From the NCBI RefSeq assembly GCF_000181795.1, contig NW_003526941.1:5247053-5311052 (forward strand): a stretch of 64,000 nt of DNA, written 5' to 3'. The DNA is from Trichinella spiralis (lineage: Eukaryota). This document shows, piece by piece, positions 1-13,369 of this stretch. The translations under genes were made by a program, and so were the position numbers. Under the pieces are notes generated by a model. It did no database searches. It was not told the origin of the DNA and was given only the letters and a program-made list of their open reading frames with translations. Within the stretch, counting starts at the first letter, position 1. Each line of letters starts with the position of its first letter.

Positions 1-150
1 GACACGAAAGCAGATCGAGGACGACAGGAAGCAGAACAAGAGAAGATAAAGTTCCTGGGACCCCAATTCTGTAGGTCTGGGTTTGGGATACTTCGAAAGG
101 GTGAAGTTATCCCATAGTTGTAATTAAGTTAACGACCAGCCTGCATGGCT
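1..150 (+). repeat. Family A exon-like unit, partial copy cut by the window start
   Basis: Nearly identical to about 2717-2865 (…gaagcagaacaagagaagataaagttcctgggaccccaattct|gt…), with a GT donor at 71. Confidence 0.9.
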
Positions 151-686
151 GAGTTTTGAATTAATGCAGTACTGGGTCTTTCACGCAGCAAAATGTATGT
201 ATGCAACTGCTTTCATGTGTCGAAATAATTTTTGATTTTTGTTTATTTTGTAATTTTTGTTTTTCTCTTTTTACATAGATTAATTTTGTACTATTTTCAA
301 AGCAAATTATTTTCATTTTATTTTTATTTTTAAAATTTTTCCTCACTTTATTATTCATTTTATTGAATTTTTAATTTCTCCCATGATTTCTTTTGATTTT
401 TTTTATTTTCTCTTTTTTCCTCTTATATTATACATTTTATTGTTTTTTTCTTCAGTTTATTTCTCCAAATATTTTTTCTCTGATTCTTTTATTTTGAGTT
501 TGACTTTGTAAAACCCCTGACACATGAAAAGCATTGCATACTAATACGTAAACACGAAATAAACAGTAATGCAAATGGAGAAGAAAGAAGACAAGTAAAG
601 AAAGCCAAGATCGGTGAAAGGTTGTGGATAGTTTGGATCGAATCGTTTGTTGGTCAATTCCGTTCGTTGGTCAAGTNNNNNNNNNN

Positions 687-2183
687 TCACGGGAGAGGTT
701 GGAATTTATCCTCAGTAAGAAGTTCCAATGCGCAAAAACCGGTTTTGAACGTTACGCTATGTAAATAACGATCGCCATAAAGGTGCCTTATCGTCAGTAA
801 TAGCGCACTCGTTCGTTTGACTTACGTGGCAAGTGGTGGCATTTGTAAAACGTTCTCTGAGTTCATGACGCTGAATAGCTGCTGAAGACGATTTTCAATT
901 GTTGAAAAGTAATTCCTCCTTTTTTTACTTGTTATTTTTCTTTAAAACATTTAAATAGTCATTTTTTTAATAAGTATCTTTTAATTAAAAAGCACTTAAT
1001 TATTATACTTCTAAATACATTTTTGAAATGGTTGCTACTTTTTCTACATGATGAAGCGAGAACACTTTTCATTTTTCCGTAGTTAAAGAAGCTTTCAGTT
1101 GCAAATTATTCACTTGAAAGGGTCTTTATTTATAAGAAAGTAACTTCCATTTATGTAGGGCATTTTTGAATTTTCAAACCTCAAATTCAAACAAGCGAAG
1201 GCATGTTTGGTCTATGTCAATTTTTTGTTATGGCGTTTTCTGTCAGTCAGCTTACATTTTGACTAATTTTTAAATATCAAGGTCATTTTAGAATTTTCAA
1301 ATAGTCCTTATTGGTAGAATTGAACAGTATATTTATTATGTTCATATTGTATCACGGGATAGGTTAGAATTTATCCTCAGTAAGAAGTTCCAATGCGCAA
1401 AAACCGGTTTTGAACGTTGCGCTATGTAAATATCGATCGCCATAAAGGTGCCTTATCGTCAGTTAGGCCGTACTCGTTCGTTTGACTTACGTGGTAAGTG
1501 GTGGCATTTGTTAAACGTTTTCTGAGTTCATGGCGCTAAATAGTTGCTGAAGACGATTTTCAATTGTTGAAAAGTAATTCCTCCTTTTTTTACTTGTTAT
1601 TTTTCTTTAAAACATTTAAATAGTCATTTTTTTAATAAGTATTCTTTAATTAAAAAGCACTTAATTATTATACTTTTAAATACATTTTTGAAATGGTTGC
1701 TACTTTTTCTACATGATGAAGCGAGAACACTTTTCATTTTTCCGTAGTTAAAGAAGCTTTCAGTTGCAAATTATTCACTTGAAAGGGTCTTTATTTATAA
1801 GAAAGTAACTTCCATTTATGTAGGGCATTTTTGAATTTTCAAACCTCAAATTCAAACAAGCGAAGGCATGTTTGGTCCATGTCAATTTTTTGTTATGGCG
1901 TTTTCTGTTAGTTAGTTTATATTTTGACTAATTTTTAAATATCATGGTCATTTCAGAATTTTCAAATAGTCCTTATTGGTAGAATTGAACAGTGCATTTA
2001 TCATGTTCATATTGTATTAAGGGAGAGGTTAGAATTTATCCTCAGTAAGAAGTTCCAATGCGCAAAAACCGGTTTTGAACGTTGCGCTATGTAAATATCG
2101 ATCGCCATAAAGGTGCCTTATCGTCAGTTAGGCCGTACTCGTTCGTTTGACTTACGTGGCAAGTGGTGGCATTTGTGAAACGT
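687..2183. repeat. Tandem repeat, 665-bp unit, about 2.25 copies
   Basis: Unit start (ggga(g/t)aggtt(g/a)gaatttatcctcagtaagaagttccaatgcgc) recurs at about 687, 1352 and 2017, a 665-bp period with few substitutions. Confidence 0.95.
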
Positions 2184-2594
2184 CATTATGTTAGCGCTAA
2201 GTTAGAATTCATTGGCCAGAAGATTTTCATATGCAGTTGTAGTCGCGTGTAGCGCTGCTTTATGCAAATAATGGTCGTTGGAAAATTGCCTTTTTATCAT
2301 TAACCGTGCACTTGTTTGCTTGACCTAATTGGAGAGTGGTAGCGTCGTTCAGCGTTCTCTCCTTTCATTTACGGCGTTCAGTAATTACTGAAGTCAGTTT
2401 CTAATTGCTGAGAGTTTTCCATTTTTCTCATGCTGTTAATTTTCTTCGAAATTCTCTGTGTAATCATTTTGTTAACGTTATTTTTAATTCAAGATCAGTT
2501 AGTCATTTTATTTTCAAATTCATTGTTCATTTTCTCAATTTTGCAATGTGATAAATCGAGAAAATTTTTCACTTAACAATTGACATTCTTACAG

Positions 2595-2786
2595 ATATGA
2601 ACAATGTAGAAAAGAAAAACCGAAAACAGGCGACAAGAAGAGCAGAGCACAAACGACACGGAGCAGATGACGGACGGCACGAAACGGATCACGGACGGCA
2701 CGAAGCAGATCGCGGACGACACGAAGCAGATCGAGGACGACACGAAGCAGAACAAGAGAAGATAAAGTTCCTGGGACCCCAATTCT
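2595..2786 (+). other. Family A exon-like unit (AG|ATATGAA…TTCT|GT) with an internal 21-bp minisatellite; possible small charged peptide or pseudo-exon
   Basis: Acceptor acag ends at 2594, ATG at 2597, donor at 2787. Five 21-bp units at 2651-2755 encode GRHEADR-like heptads. Homologues at 1-70, 35784-35901 and 36694-36812 do not keep the frame. Confidence 0.5.
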
Positions 2787-3789
2787 GTACGTCTGGGTTT
2801 GGGAAACTTCGAAACCGTCACAATATCCCACAGCACACTTTAGTTTATACACCAGCCTGCATGGGTGATATTCGACTTAATGCTCTACTGGTTACTACCA
2901 TTGACAATACGTTGGTATGCTTGAGTATCCATGTGACAAATCTTTTGTGAATTAAAGCTTGATTTAAATATATAGATGCTCGAGTAATTTTCTCGATTCC
3001 CATTGATACAGTGCGTCGAAGTGTAATTACATATTATTTAAATAAAGAGCTTTTTTGCTAACTTGCATCGCACATTTTATTGAGATATTGTTTAAACACA
3101 TGAAAACAAGTGCAGTCAATGACTTGCTATATCTACCACGAATTAAAGATTCTTTGATTGATGACCCCTGAACTATATTTCTTGCCAAATGATANNNNNN
3201 NNNNNNNNNNNNNNNNNNNNNNNNNNNNNNNNNNNNNNNNNNNNNNNNNNNNNNNNNNNNNNNNNNNNNNNNNNNNNNNNNNNNNNNNNNNNNNNNNNNN
3301 NNNNNNNNNNNNNNNNNNNNNNNNNNNNNNNNNNNNNNNNNNNNNNNNNNNNNNNNNNNNNNNNNNNNNNNNNNNNNNNNNNNNNNNNNNNNNNNNNNNN
3401 NNNNNNNNNNNNNNNNNNNNNNNNNNNNNNNNNNNNNNNNNNNNNNNNNNNNNNNNNNNNNNNNNNNNNNNNNNNNNNNNNNNNNNNNNNNNNNNNNNNN
3501 NNNNNNNNNNNNNNNNNNNNNNNNNNNNNNTGTCTATCAATGATGATGTCCTGGTAAATATATGAAGTTGGTGAGATGATATGATAGGGCAAAAATTGTT
3601 CCGGAATCCTGTAGAAATTCTTTTTTCCCTCCCCCCCAATATTCGAAGTACGCACATGTTTCCAAAAACGGATACTTGCGTCGTCCGGCCTCCCATTTCG
3701 TTGCTTTTTATTCTTTTACAGTATAAGATGGCGGAACGATCGATACTTCAAAAAGACCACAATACAGCATGGGGAAGTCTTCATTATAG

Positions 3790-3935
3790 TGCGAAAAATT
3801 CGAAATTTTCGGAATTTTGCCTGAGGCGTCGCCTCAGGCTATGCCCCAGGGCAAATAAAAATTTGCATATTACCCATAGGCTATTAAAAATTTGCATATT
3901 TCATTAAATAAATCGCCTCCGGCTTTTTAAAATTT
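3790..3935. repeat. Family B terminal cassette: GCCTGAGGC palindromes plus AAAAATTTGCATATT motifs
   Basis: Perfect inverted repeat GCCTGAGGCG-T-CGCCTCAGGC at 3819-3839 and two ATTTGCAT octamers. Reverse-complement homologue at 37480-37775. Confidence 0.85.
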
Positions 3936-3959
3936 GTAATTTCAATATTCATGTGCGTT

Positions 3960-4450
3960 CATCATACTTCACTCTAAACACTACTTACCTTATTCAACAT
4001 TACTTACCTTTCCACTTATACCTACCTTCACATTGCTTACCACTTACCTTCACCTATGCAGTACTCACCTTCACCCTATAAACCACTTACCTTCACAATT
4101 ATACTTACTTCACCCTATACACCACTTACCTTTACACTTATACTTACTTCACCCTATACACCACTTACCTTTACAGTTATACTTCACCCTAAACACTACT
4201 TACCTTTGCACTTATACTTACCTTCACACTTACCTTTACAGTTATACTTACCTTCACCCTAAACACTACTTACCTTCACAATTATACTTGACTTCACCCT
4301 ATACAATATTTGCCTTCACACTTATACTTACCTTCACATTGCACACTACCTGCCTTCACCTATGCAGTACTCACCTTCACATTTATACTTACCTTCACAC
4401 CTATTCTTACATCACTTACCCTTAACTATTAGACTACTTACCTATTTATC
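3960..4450 (-). repeat. Pyrimidine-rich degenerate satellite (ACTTACCT core, AGGTAAGT on the minus strand)
   Basis: About 14 exact ACTTACCT and 2 ACTCACCT counted by eye. The His/Leu/Tyr-rich ORFs here are by-products of the repeat. Confidence 0.9.
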
Positions 4451-6469
4451 TTCATATTTACCCATAGCTTCCTTGTCTTTTTAGACTTAGATTTACACTA
4501 AAATCTAGAAAACACTAATACCAAACAATTATAAAAAATAATAAAAAGCAATTGTTATGAAAAAATTATGAAAAGCAAAATTATAAAAACCTGAAAAACT
4601 AAAACGACAAAATTTACACTTTACAACTTTCATAGTTTATAAAAGAAAATGTACATACGTTGCCAAACTGAGCGGCTTTAACTGGTAGTAGTGCTTTGTG
4701 ATGACGTATTTATCGACGTGATTACGAATCTTCGTAAAAACACCACATGTTCAATAACGGATAGTTACCAAAGAATGCAGCAATTTCATTCATCTATATC
4801 TAAACGTAATTTGATTCTGAAAATATTTGCAAAACAAGTGTGCTGAAAAGTAAAGCATGTTAAACAAAATTGATATAAAACAGCCATATTATAAAAAATT
4901 AATTGAAGACAAATAACAGTGCATCGTTGTTCCTTAATTACTAAGTATACAAATTTGTAGAAAAACTACTTGCTAGTCATACAACGTTTGTCCTTCAGGA
5001 TGCAAGCATCTCAACAGTTCTGCGCTGAAATTCAAAAAATCCTAAGTATGTGATAAGCAACACCCCAGTGTGAACACTATCACTAATCAAAAAAACAAAA
5101 TCTCTACTTAAAAAATATTAAAACTTACCTACTCACATAATACTCTACAAAAATACTCACCAAACGCACTGATGGCAACACGCACTACCAGACTTGTGTG
5201 ATGTATCCGAAAACCAGCGCAAGTCGACTATATTCACGATATATGATACTATTACAATCATTATTTAATTATATCCTATTCCTGTGATAAGCGAAGCCAC
5301 ACAGATTTCTGGAGCAATACTGGGTAACGCCATTAAGCCAACCTAAACCAACGCAGGAGTATGAACGAGCTCGATGTTGATGATGCAATCCATTCCTATA
5401 ATGGGCAAAATCTGTACTTATTTTTGTGATGGCACATTTAGAACGCATTGAGATAAAGGTGACATACCATGTTGGCAAAAGCAACAGGAATTCCGAAACG
5501 TTTCAATTATGTTGACGCACACTATTTAATTCGATAACAAGAAGCATACAGGATCAGATATAAGTATAATTAGAAGACATTAATAATAGTAACGGATTAT
5601 AAATACTCAATTACTTACAGATTTTTGTACATTTTTTCAATCCATTCAGGGAAACCTGAACCACCATTAGAGAAAGATATTCAAGTTTATAGAAATACTG
5701 ACACAACCCATCGCTATAACAAAGTGCATAAAATTCATTCTTACTGTGACGATGAAGAAAACCAGAAAGCGGAACTGTTGAGACACATGACTGATCACGG
5801 TAGAAACATGAACAGAGCGATAGTCAAACTAAAAATAGATACTAAATAACACAGAGAAATAAATCATTGGATTACAAAATGAATGAAATTCAAGTAACAT
5901 CGTGATGCACTGTTATTCGGCTTCAATCACTTTTTATAATATGGCTGTTTCTCATAAGCATCGTTTCAACCGCTATCATGAGTTCATATAAAGCGCACGC
6001 AACATAATATATAGAACAGAAATAAATATAGTTGCATTACGTCCTTGATGATATACCAATGAAGACAATTCAGCAAAAAATAAAGAAAGTTGAAATTATT
6101 TAATAAGTAATTAGTGTCATATAAACAGAATATTTTTTACCCACACTTTCCAGATATTGCGTTGTATTATCTTGTACATCTAAAAAGCTATATTTCTAAT
6201 GTAAAATTCAAATTTCAAATATACTAAAAACAAAGGCAACCAATCTACAATATTACTTACTTTACGTTGCACGTACGAATACAATAACAGACGTGCTGCT
6301 GATGGCGTTGCTAACTTACAATCTAAATATGTCGCAAATAATCATTTTGCGCACCTGCATGTTGGCCATCATTTTTATTGAAATTTCACGGGAATAAACA
6401 GGATTGCAAATCAACTGCAGATGAAATTAATTATGATGCATAGTGGCATCATCTTCTCATGATAGGATT

Positions 6470-9400
6470 TTTTATATTCAGTGATATGAAAATAAAATAA
6501 TGTAAATTCTAAAAGTGAATTATATTAATGCAGTCATCTATAAAAAAAACAGAAATAGATACTTCTTCGTCTTTAGCATCTGATGTATCTAAAACTTACC
6601 AATAATAATACTAAAGACACCCGCCAGTTTCCATTCACCATATATGTAAAGTAACATGCATAGCATACCACCACCAAAATATCAAATCTAACTTACCATT
6701 TATTCATGGATGGTGTTGAAGAGCGGAATTATAGTTGACCACGTGCTAGATTGATAGCATTGCAGTGAACTGCATAACCTAATAAAATCGATGTGCTTGG
6801 TCAATTGTATAAGAAAATTATGCAAATCACTATTTACTTTGCTTCACGAAGAACAACCTAATTTTCCATCAGTAATAGCGCAGTAAAATGAACATTATGA
6901 GCAACATTATGAAACGAGACGATGAAATTTATTACGTTTCTATTTACACACTTACTATTACTACGTAATATTGCATTGTTATGCAAATTTTTTCCCTAAA
7001 ATTACCTAAAACGGAAACTTATTAACATGAAGCAGCGCAAATTGCTAAAAATAAACGGAAATGCTATCACTGCGTATTTATGCATGTTGTGTAATTTAGT
7101 TGCTTGAAAGTACAATGTGATTCAATAATGTGTATTTCATCAATGCTTTTCTTCTAATCAAAATTATATGGATAATTTTAAATAGCTCCCACTGAAAATA
7201 GTTGCGAAAATAAAATACTTTTTCAGATTTATGGAAAATTAAACAGTTGTCATGAAATTTTGTAATATGTAATTTACCTCAGCACAGAAGTTAACAAGTG
7301 CGCAGCGTAGACATAATGATGGTAAGCGGCTGCTCCAGGGGGTACGCCACTTGACAGCTCACCTCCACGTTCGTTTGCGCCTTATGATAATTTATAGCAA
7401 GACTGCAAACTAGGTTGAGCACTGCATCAGCGCACATCATACAATGTGACAAAAACCCTAATCGCAGAAATTCAGTAACTGATCGATTTGCAATGAATTC
7501 AAGAAACTTATGCGGGTGACAATTCTGTATTGCATTTCATGAAAAGAATAAAACAAAAGAATCACGAGTAGCCTGGATTTGGTTACATTGCTAGTCGACA
7601 GCAATTATGAGAAATTAGATTTATATGAGATGAAAACAACTAAGTGCTGTCCATTCAACTCGAAATAGGGGGGGGGGGAGAATTTTCAGTTTAATGCGAT
7701 CTCTGTTCAGCTTAGTATTATTACGAGCTCAATGATGGGGATCATTAGACAGGAAAGGAAAGGAGGGCGGGACAGCATAGCAGGAAGGAATGAGGGAGAG
7801 GTTGAAGGATGGAGGTGGAAGTTGTCATATGCGTTCTTCTACTCAATCTCCACGTATAATATTCAGGCGTTGCTTCATTTATCAATACTGACAACATTTA
7901 TGGGGATTGAGTTATTTTCTCAATGACAGAAAATAGGTGCATCTGTATAAGTCAGTGCTATTGGCAATACAATAACATAATAGAAACTTTAAGGAGTCAG
8001 TTCAAAAATAAAGGGAACGTTACTGCCATTCTGAAAGTATCAAGGGTGGTAGTATAAAAGTGTGTTCTCAAGGAAACAGCAGCTTTCCTATGTCATGCTG
8101 AAACAAGCATGTGCACGATTTGAGCAGTGACAAGCATTTAGGGGTGCGATTGTTCGACTGCAGTATCCCGGTGACAGACATTTCCGTTAAACAATTGGGC
8201 AAAAATGTTACCTTAGCAATAAACATTACAGTGGGCAGTAATGATAATGCGGGAGGGGTTCAACAGCTATGTCAGAGAACTACTTTACAAATGGATTTGT
8301 AAGGACTATTGAGAATTATAGCAAAATATACTATTAGTACTATTAAATATTGGCTTGTCCGTAATAAAGTCTTGAATGTTAACTGAACATCATTAGTGAA
8401 GAACAACGCGCTAGTTTCTATTCAAAAAGACTATTATCAAACAACTACGAAAAGCTTAAAAAGCGCGCATGTTTAGTGCAGTGTGGCAAGAGAAAGAAGG
8501 AAAGCATTGTATGAAAAATAGCAAATACATGAAAATTCATACCTGTCAGCAGACCTGTTAGAAATGACGTATAAAGCAAACGTAGAGTCATACATTTTGT
8601 AACTGATGTTCGTGGCTTCTTCATATTTTTAGTCGAACAATCACAACGTAATTGTTGCAGTGAAGCATCGAAATGACCAAATAACGCAATGCAGTAAGTA
8701 ATTAGACCGCCCTTCAGCAGCGAACATTTATACTATAATGCAGTTCTCTCAATAAACAGAAATTTATATAAGGAACATTGCTACCAAATTTGAATAGCAC
8801 AAAGTGCACGTAGTAGAATGCCAACGGCAGTGTTTACCATCACATTAGCATAAAGTTATTCTGCTGACCTAGAAATGCATGTTTGCTTTGAAAACGTATA
8901 ACAATGTAATGAGCCAACACCAGAGATTATAATAATTGCTGAACAACAACAAAATCCTGAATACGTTACAGATCAAAGCCACTATCTATCACAAATAATA
9001 TTATGTCGTAAATTAAAGAAGTATAAAATAGTGTCTTACGTAAATGAGGCTGTACTACAACGATGATAATACTTTGCAGTGTTCAGCAAAGTTCATTCAT
9101 AAATTTAAAGGAACTGATTGTTTAATGAACATTTAAATCAGACTTTGATCAACCACTTTGAAAAGAAGAGAAATGAATGCAAAAAAATAGAAAAATGGCA
9201 AAACATAAGATTTACTGAAAACGCAAAAATAATGAATTGATAATTTAATGTAATGCACATGCTGAGTTGAAGTACTAAAAATTGTGTATCACGGTATTGT
9301 CATTTTAAAAAGTGTGGAACCGGCAACATTGTTATCTTATATGCAACGACAAAATACAGAAGATAATTATTAAAAATTTATAGATGTTGCCCCCTTACAC

Positions 9401-10398
9401 TTTTCATAGTGCACTAATGGACATTCATTTACTGATTCCAATGAAAAATATTCTGGAACCGTTTGAAAAAACATCATCAATTTTTCAAAAATAGCAAAGG
9501 TTATTGCAACTGAAAATTCAGATATCGAAGAAGGATCATTTTTATAGAATTCACTTGACTCAAATTTAATAAATATGGTGAGACCTGACGGAACAATTCT
9601 TCCTAGTGAATTCGTCATAAAAGTGATGTTGGTAAATTGGGTGGTAAGTGCTGATTTCTACCTCCTAGCTTTATACTCATTGCCAGTGTACATGAATTAC
9701 AACATCAACCTGCGGTAGAATATGAGCAGCTTGCCGTCTTTACTTACAATTTCATAAAAGTGCTTATATTCCGATATTTTATTTCCAGCAATAATTCGTT
9801 TATAATATATTTATGTGCCTTTTAATAATTTTAATACCTTAATACACTGCTGCTAAACGTAATCATGAAATTTATAACAAAATATAGGTCTTCTTGATAA
9901 AGCATTATCTAGTTATGTCGGGCTATTATAGATTCCGTATCTACTTTCAGCAATATTATGATGTTAATCAATTTAAAAATGTAACTTCAAAATAATTACC
10001 TTTTCATCATTTGGAGAAACTATTTTGAAGAGTTGTGTAACGTGATTCACCATTTTGAATAAAAATGATGACGCTTGTCAGACGTCCTTTGAGAACGTTT
10101 TCCATTCTAATGTTGCTGGAAACCATCCACCTATAAATATTTCAAGTCAACCTCACAAGATGATTCAATTCATGAATTTTTGTAGAATCAAAGTATACGC
10201 AACATGCACATCGATGAGTTATACACTATGATTAATGTTTCATTTTCTATTCGCAAATAAAAATTTGCATGAAACATGTGCTTACCACGTTGTGCAAATA
10301 ATGTTTGTTATGCTTGGTAACAATCTCCGCGACCGTTGATGCAAAATCACACAAACAACAAGATATGAGATAGAACTTCCGAATATGAACGATAATAT
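6470..10398 (-). repeat. Family B body, left copy (segmental duplication); exon/intron-like decayed sequence of unknown product
   Basis: 6470-9097 matches the reverse complement of 38314-40937, including near-identical ORFs 7732/39483 and 8111/39107. 9223-10398 matches the reverse complement of 44817-45990 and part of 48430-49071. Confidence 0.92.
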
Positions 10399-11298
10399 AG
10401 CTTCGCACATCTAGAAGCCATTGTATAGCCGAAATTAAATAAAATTATAGTTTAAGTGTTAAAGCGAAAGTTTGGTCAAATTATTTCATCTCTGTTAGGC
10501 GCGCCTCGTTAACATGCAAATTTTCGTGCGTTCATTGCCTTACCGTTTGCTTGCTTATCAAGTATAGCTCGTCACAAGAGTCGGTTTCTAATTTATTTAA
10601 AAAACCATTTGATATGCTTATTTTTCAGCAAACCAATGATATCTAGTAATGGGGGAATAACGTAATTTTTATTATTGTAAAATTGTCTCTCGTATATTGC
10701 TTTTATCGTGAATTTAGAGTAACAGCCGCGAAAATTTTTGTTCGATAACGTAATGAAAAGCAGACACAGTAAGACTTGTATGAAAGGCAGAAAAGGTATG
10801 CAAATTTTTGATCGACTGCAATGCAGTCGATTACGTTGTTTAAATGGTTGTTGGCGTACGGTGAGCAGGGCGAGTGCACTGGCGTGGAATTGCAAAATTG
10901 AAATTAATTTGAAACGTTTTTCATCAAATTTTACTGAAAATTTAAAAGTAAATGAAACCCTCAAAAAGCAGTGGAAGTGCAAAATGAACCGTATGTTATT
11001 TAAAATGAACCGTAAATTAGGTAAAATCTCGCAACTAGAAACAACAGATTCATAAGTTTTTTTTCACTGGAAAATAAGTGGTAATAATAACAAACACGTA
11101 AACAAACAACGTAAACGTTAGAGGCCGTAGTAGTAAAGAGGGCCTGTCATTAGGCTCAAAACTAAATTCAAAACTTCACTTAATTTGCTATATTTGGGCA
11201 ATTCAGTTCAATGTAGATCTGAGTAGTAGTATAATCGTTGGTATTGTAAACATTTATTGACGTGATTTTACATTTAAGGACGCGGAAATTAGGTTTGT

Positions 11299-12852
11299 TG
11301 AAGTTGAAATTTCATTACAAAAGAATTAATATATTTTTAAAAAACCGATCAAATTAACAAGCTACAGTAACATAAACTGAAATGCAAGTTTAAATTGTAA
11401 TGAATAACAAAGTAAAGCCATCGAACTTGTTTACCAGACTTTTCTTGCAAGTTTTTGACCGTGGTCTTTACGATTGTTTGCATTGCTGCTAAAGCTCACC
11501 ACTCGCCTGAACCTTTAACATATGAATTCAACGATGAAAAGGCTATGTAGGGTTATTTAACAGGGGTTGAATATCATATTTTCCATTAATAGTAGCCAGC
11601 CAGTGATATTAAATACATTTTAGGACGACAATCAGCTTAAAAATTAAACTTGCATAACACAAGTAATTAAATCAAAACGTGGATAAAAGTATAAAAGAAA
11701 TGATCTTTTTATCCATTTTGATGTAAGCCAAGAACAATGCAGTGCAACAATTCTTTATTAATGAAAAGTTTTTGAGAAAACTAATAAATGTGTAATGTAA
11801 TACAAACAAACAAATAAAGTCTGGCATAAATGAGTTCTGCGAAATGACAAACATGCTCAGAGTGGGACTTAAATTATTTAAAGCAGGGAGAGGATGGAAA
11901 GACCAAAATCGGCGGTTCGCACACAATGAGCAGCCAAAGACGTAGCTCTACTAACCTGACGTGTGGATGCTTCATGGCTGAAAGTTATCACTGTTTGGAG
12001 GCTCTGTTCTCGATGTCTCATGAATAACGAAATTGCTGTGATATATTACACTCAATATTACCGTACATTCTGATGAACCACCTTAAATTTGCATACTTTT
12101 CGTTCTATTACAGCTCATGTTTACAATTTTTACCGTTTACGTGTTTGTTATCTCTACTTATTTTTCAATAAAAAGTGCTTACTATGAATCTGTTGTTACG
12201 AGTTGCGTGAACAATGCGTGAACGTTACAAACGCTCAGAAAAGCAATTCAAATGAAGTTTTATAGATATGTTAAAAGTTCAGGCTTGTGGTATGCTGTAG
12301 CTGCAAAGCAAACAAGCGTCAAAGCCACAGTTGCAAATTTGCAATTTAATGAGACGACGCCTAACAATGATGAAATAATTGCACCTGACCACAGCTTTTG
12401 AACTAAGTTAACAACTACAGTCATTTTGCTTTATTTGGGCTATCTAATGGTATCTAGATGTGAGGAGGAATACAATCTTTAATGCTGTACACTTCTATCT
12501 CATGTAATGCTTAATAATAATGTAATTTTACATTAACCGCCGCGAACATTACGTTTGCGTAACTAAATAAAAATTAGGCGTTGTACTTGCTGACTAGAAA
12601 TTTCATGCAAATTTTTATGCGCGCATTTTCCGTTTGTTTGCTTTTGAATTTTGAAGTCATCATAGCACATAATGCAATCGAATGAAAAATATTTATAATT
12701 CTTACAATTATTTGTCTGTTTTGCGTTTTATTTTGTTATTCATTTTTTCTGATTTATACTTGCATTTCAGCTTATGTTACTGTAGCTTGTTAATTTGATC
12801 GGTTTTTTAAAAATATTTTAATTAATTCTTTTATAATGAAATTTAAACTTCA
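11299..12852. mobile_element. Candidate non-autonomous DNA transposon (MITE-like) bounded by inverted repeats of about 95 bp
   Basis: 11299-11395 (tgaagttgaaatttcattacaaaagaattaat…aaaaccgatcaaattaacaagctacagtaacataa…) matches the reverse complement of 12752-12852. No transposase ORF and no clear target-site duplication. Confidence 0.5.
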
Positions 12853-13369
12853 GCGAAGATATTTATTATGATTTTTTATCCTTTTAAATATATTATCCTT
12901 TATAATTTCAGAATATATTCTCATTGTTGAAAAATGGAGATTATAATTTCTAAGTTATACTTCGCATAACAACTTCAGACTCACAAAATGTACTTTCTTT
13001 TTAATTTTTATTTATAATTTCGCTAATTAATTTATGAAGCAGATTTATTCTGAATTTTACACATTCGAATTTCATGTAATAGTTCCTTTACGTTATTAGG
13101 AAAGAAGACATAGCACTGTATACATTTACAATTATCCTTGCTCATTTTGCATTTATTACTTGCAATTGAGTATTTTATAATTTTTATTATTGATTTATCG
13201 TTATCAGGAGCTGTTTCTTCCTTATAAATGCTACTGTAATTTTTTTAATCAATAGTAGTTGCTCCTCTATCGGTTTCTGGTTTTCGTCTGTTGCATTACT
13301 TGTATTTATTCGATTAAATAAGTAGTTTTTTTCCTAATTTTACAGTCAGTGCATTCAGTCTCGGTCACT

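Noticed and set aside
687..2183. 665-bp unit as a 5S rRNA or spliced-leader RNA array
   Set aside because: No recognisable 5S sequence and no convincing leader-AG|GT followed by an Sm site; an Infernal scan would be needed to exclude it fully.
3133..3696. Long ORFs containing X runs (also near 37.7-38.3, 42.8-43.4, 49.0-49.7 and 53.0-54.1 kb)
   Set aside because: Artefacts of translating through N-gaps.
4033..4425. His/Leu/Tyr/Pro-rich ORFs
   Set aside because: Translations of a G-poor satellite that is depleted of stop codons; no coding evidence.
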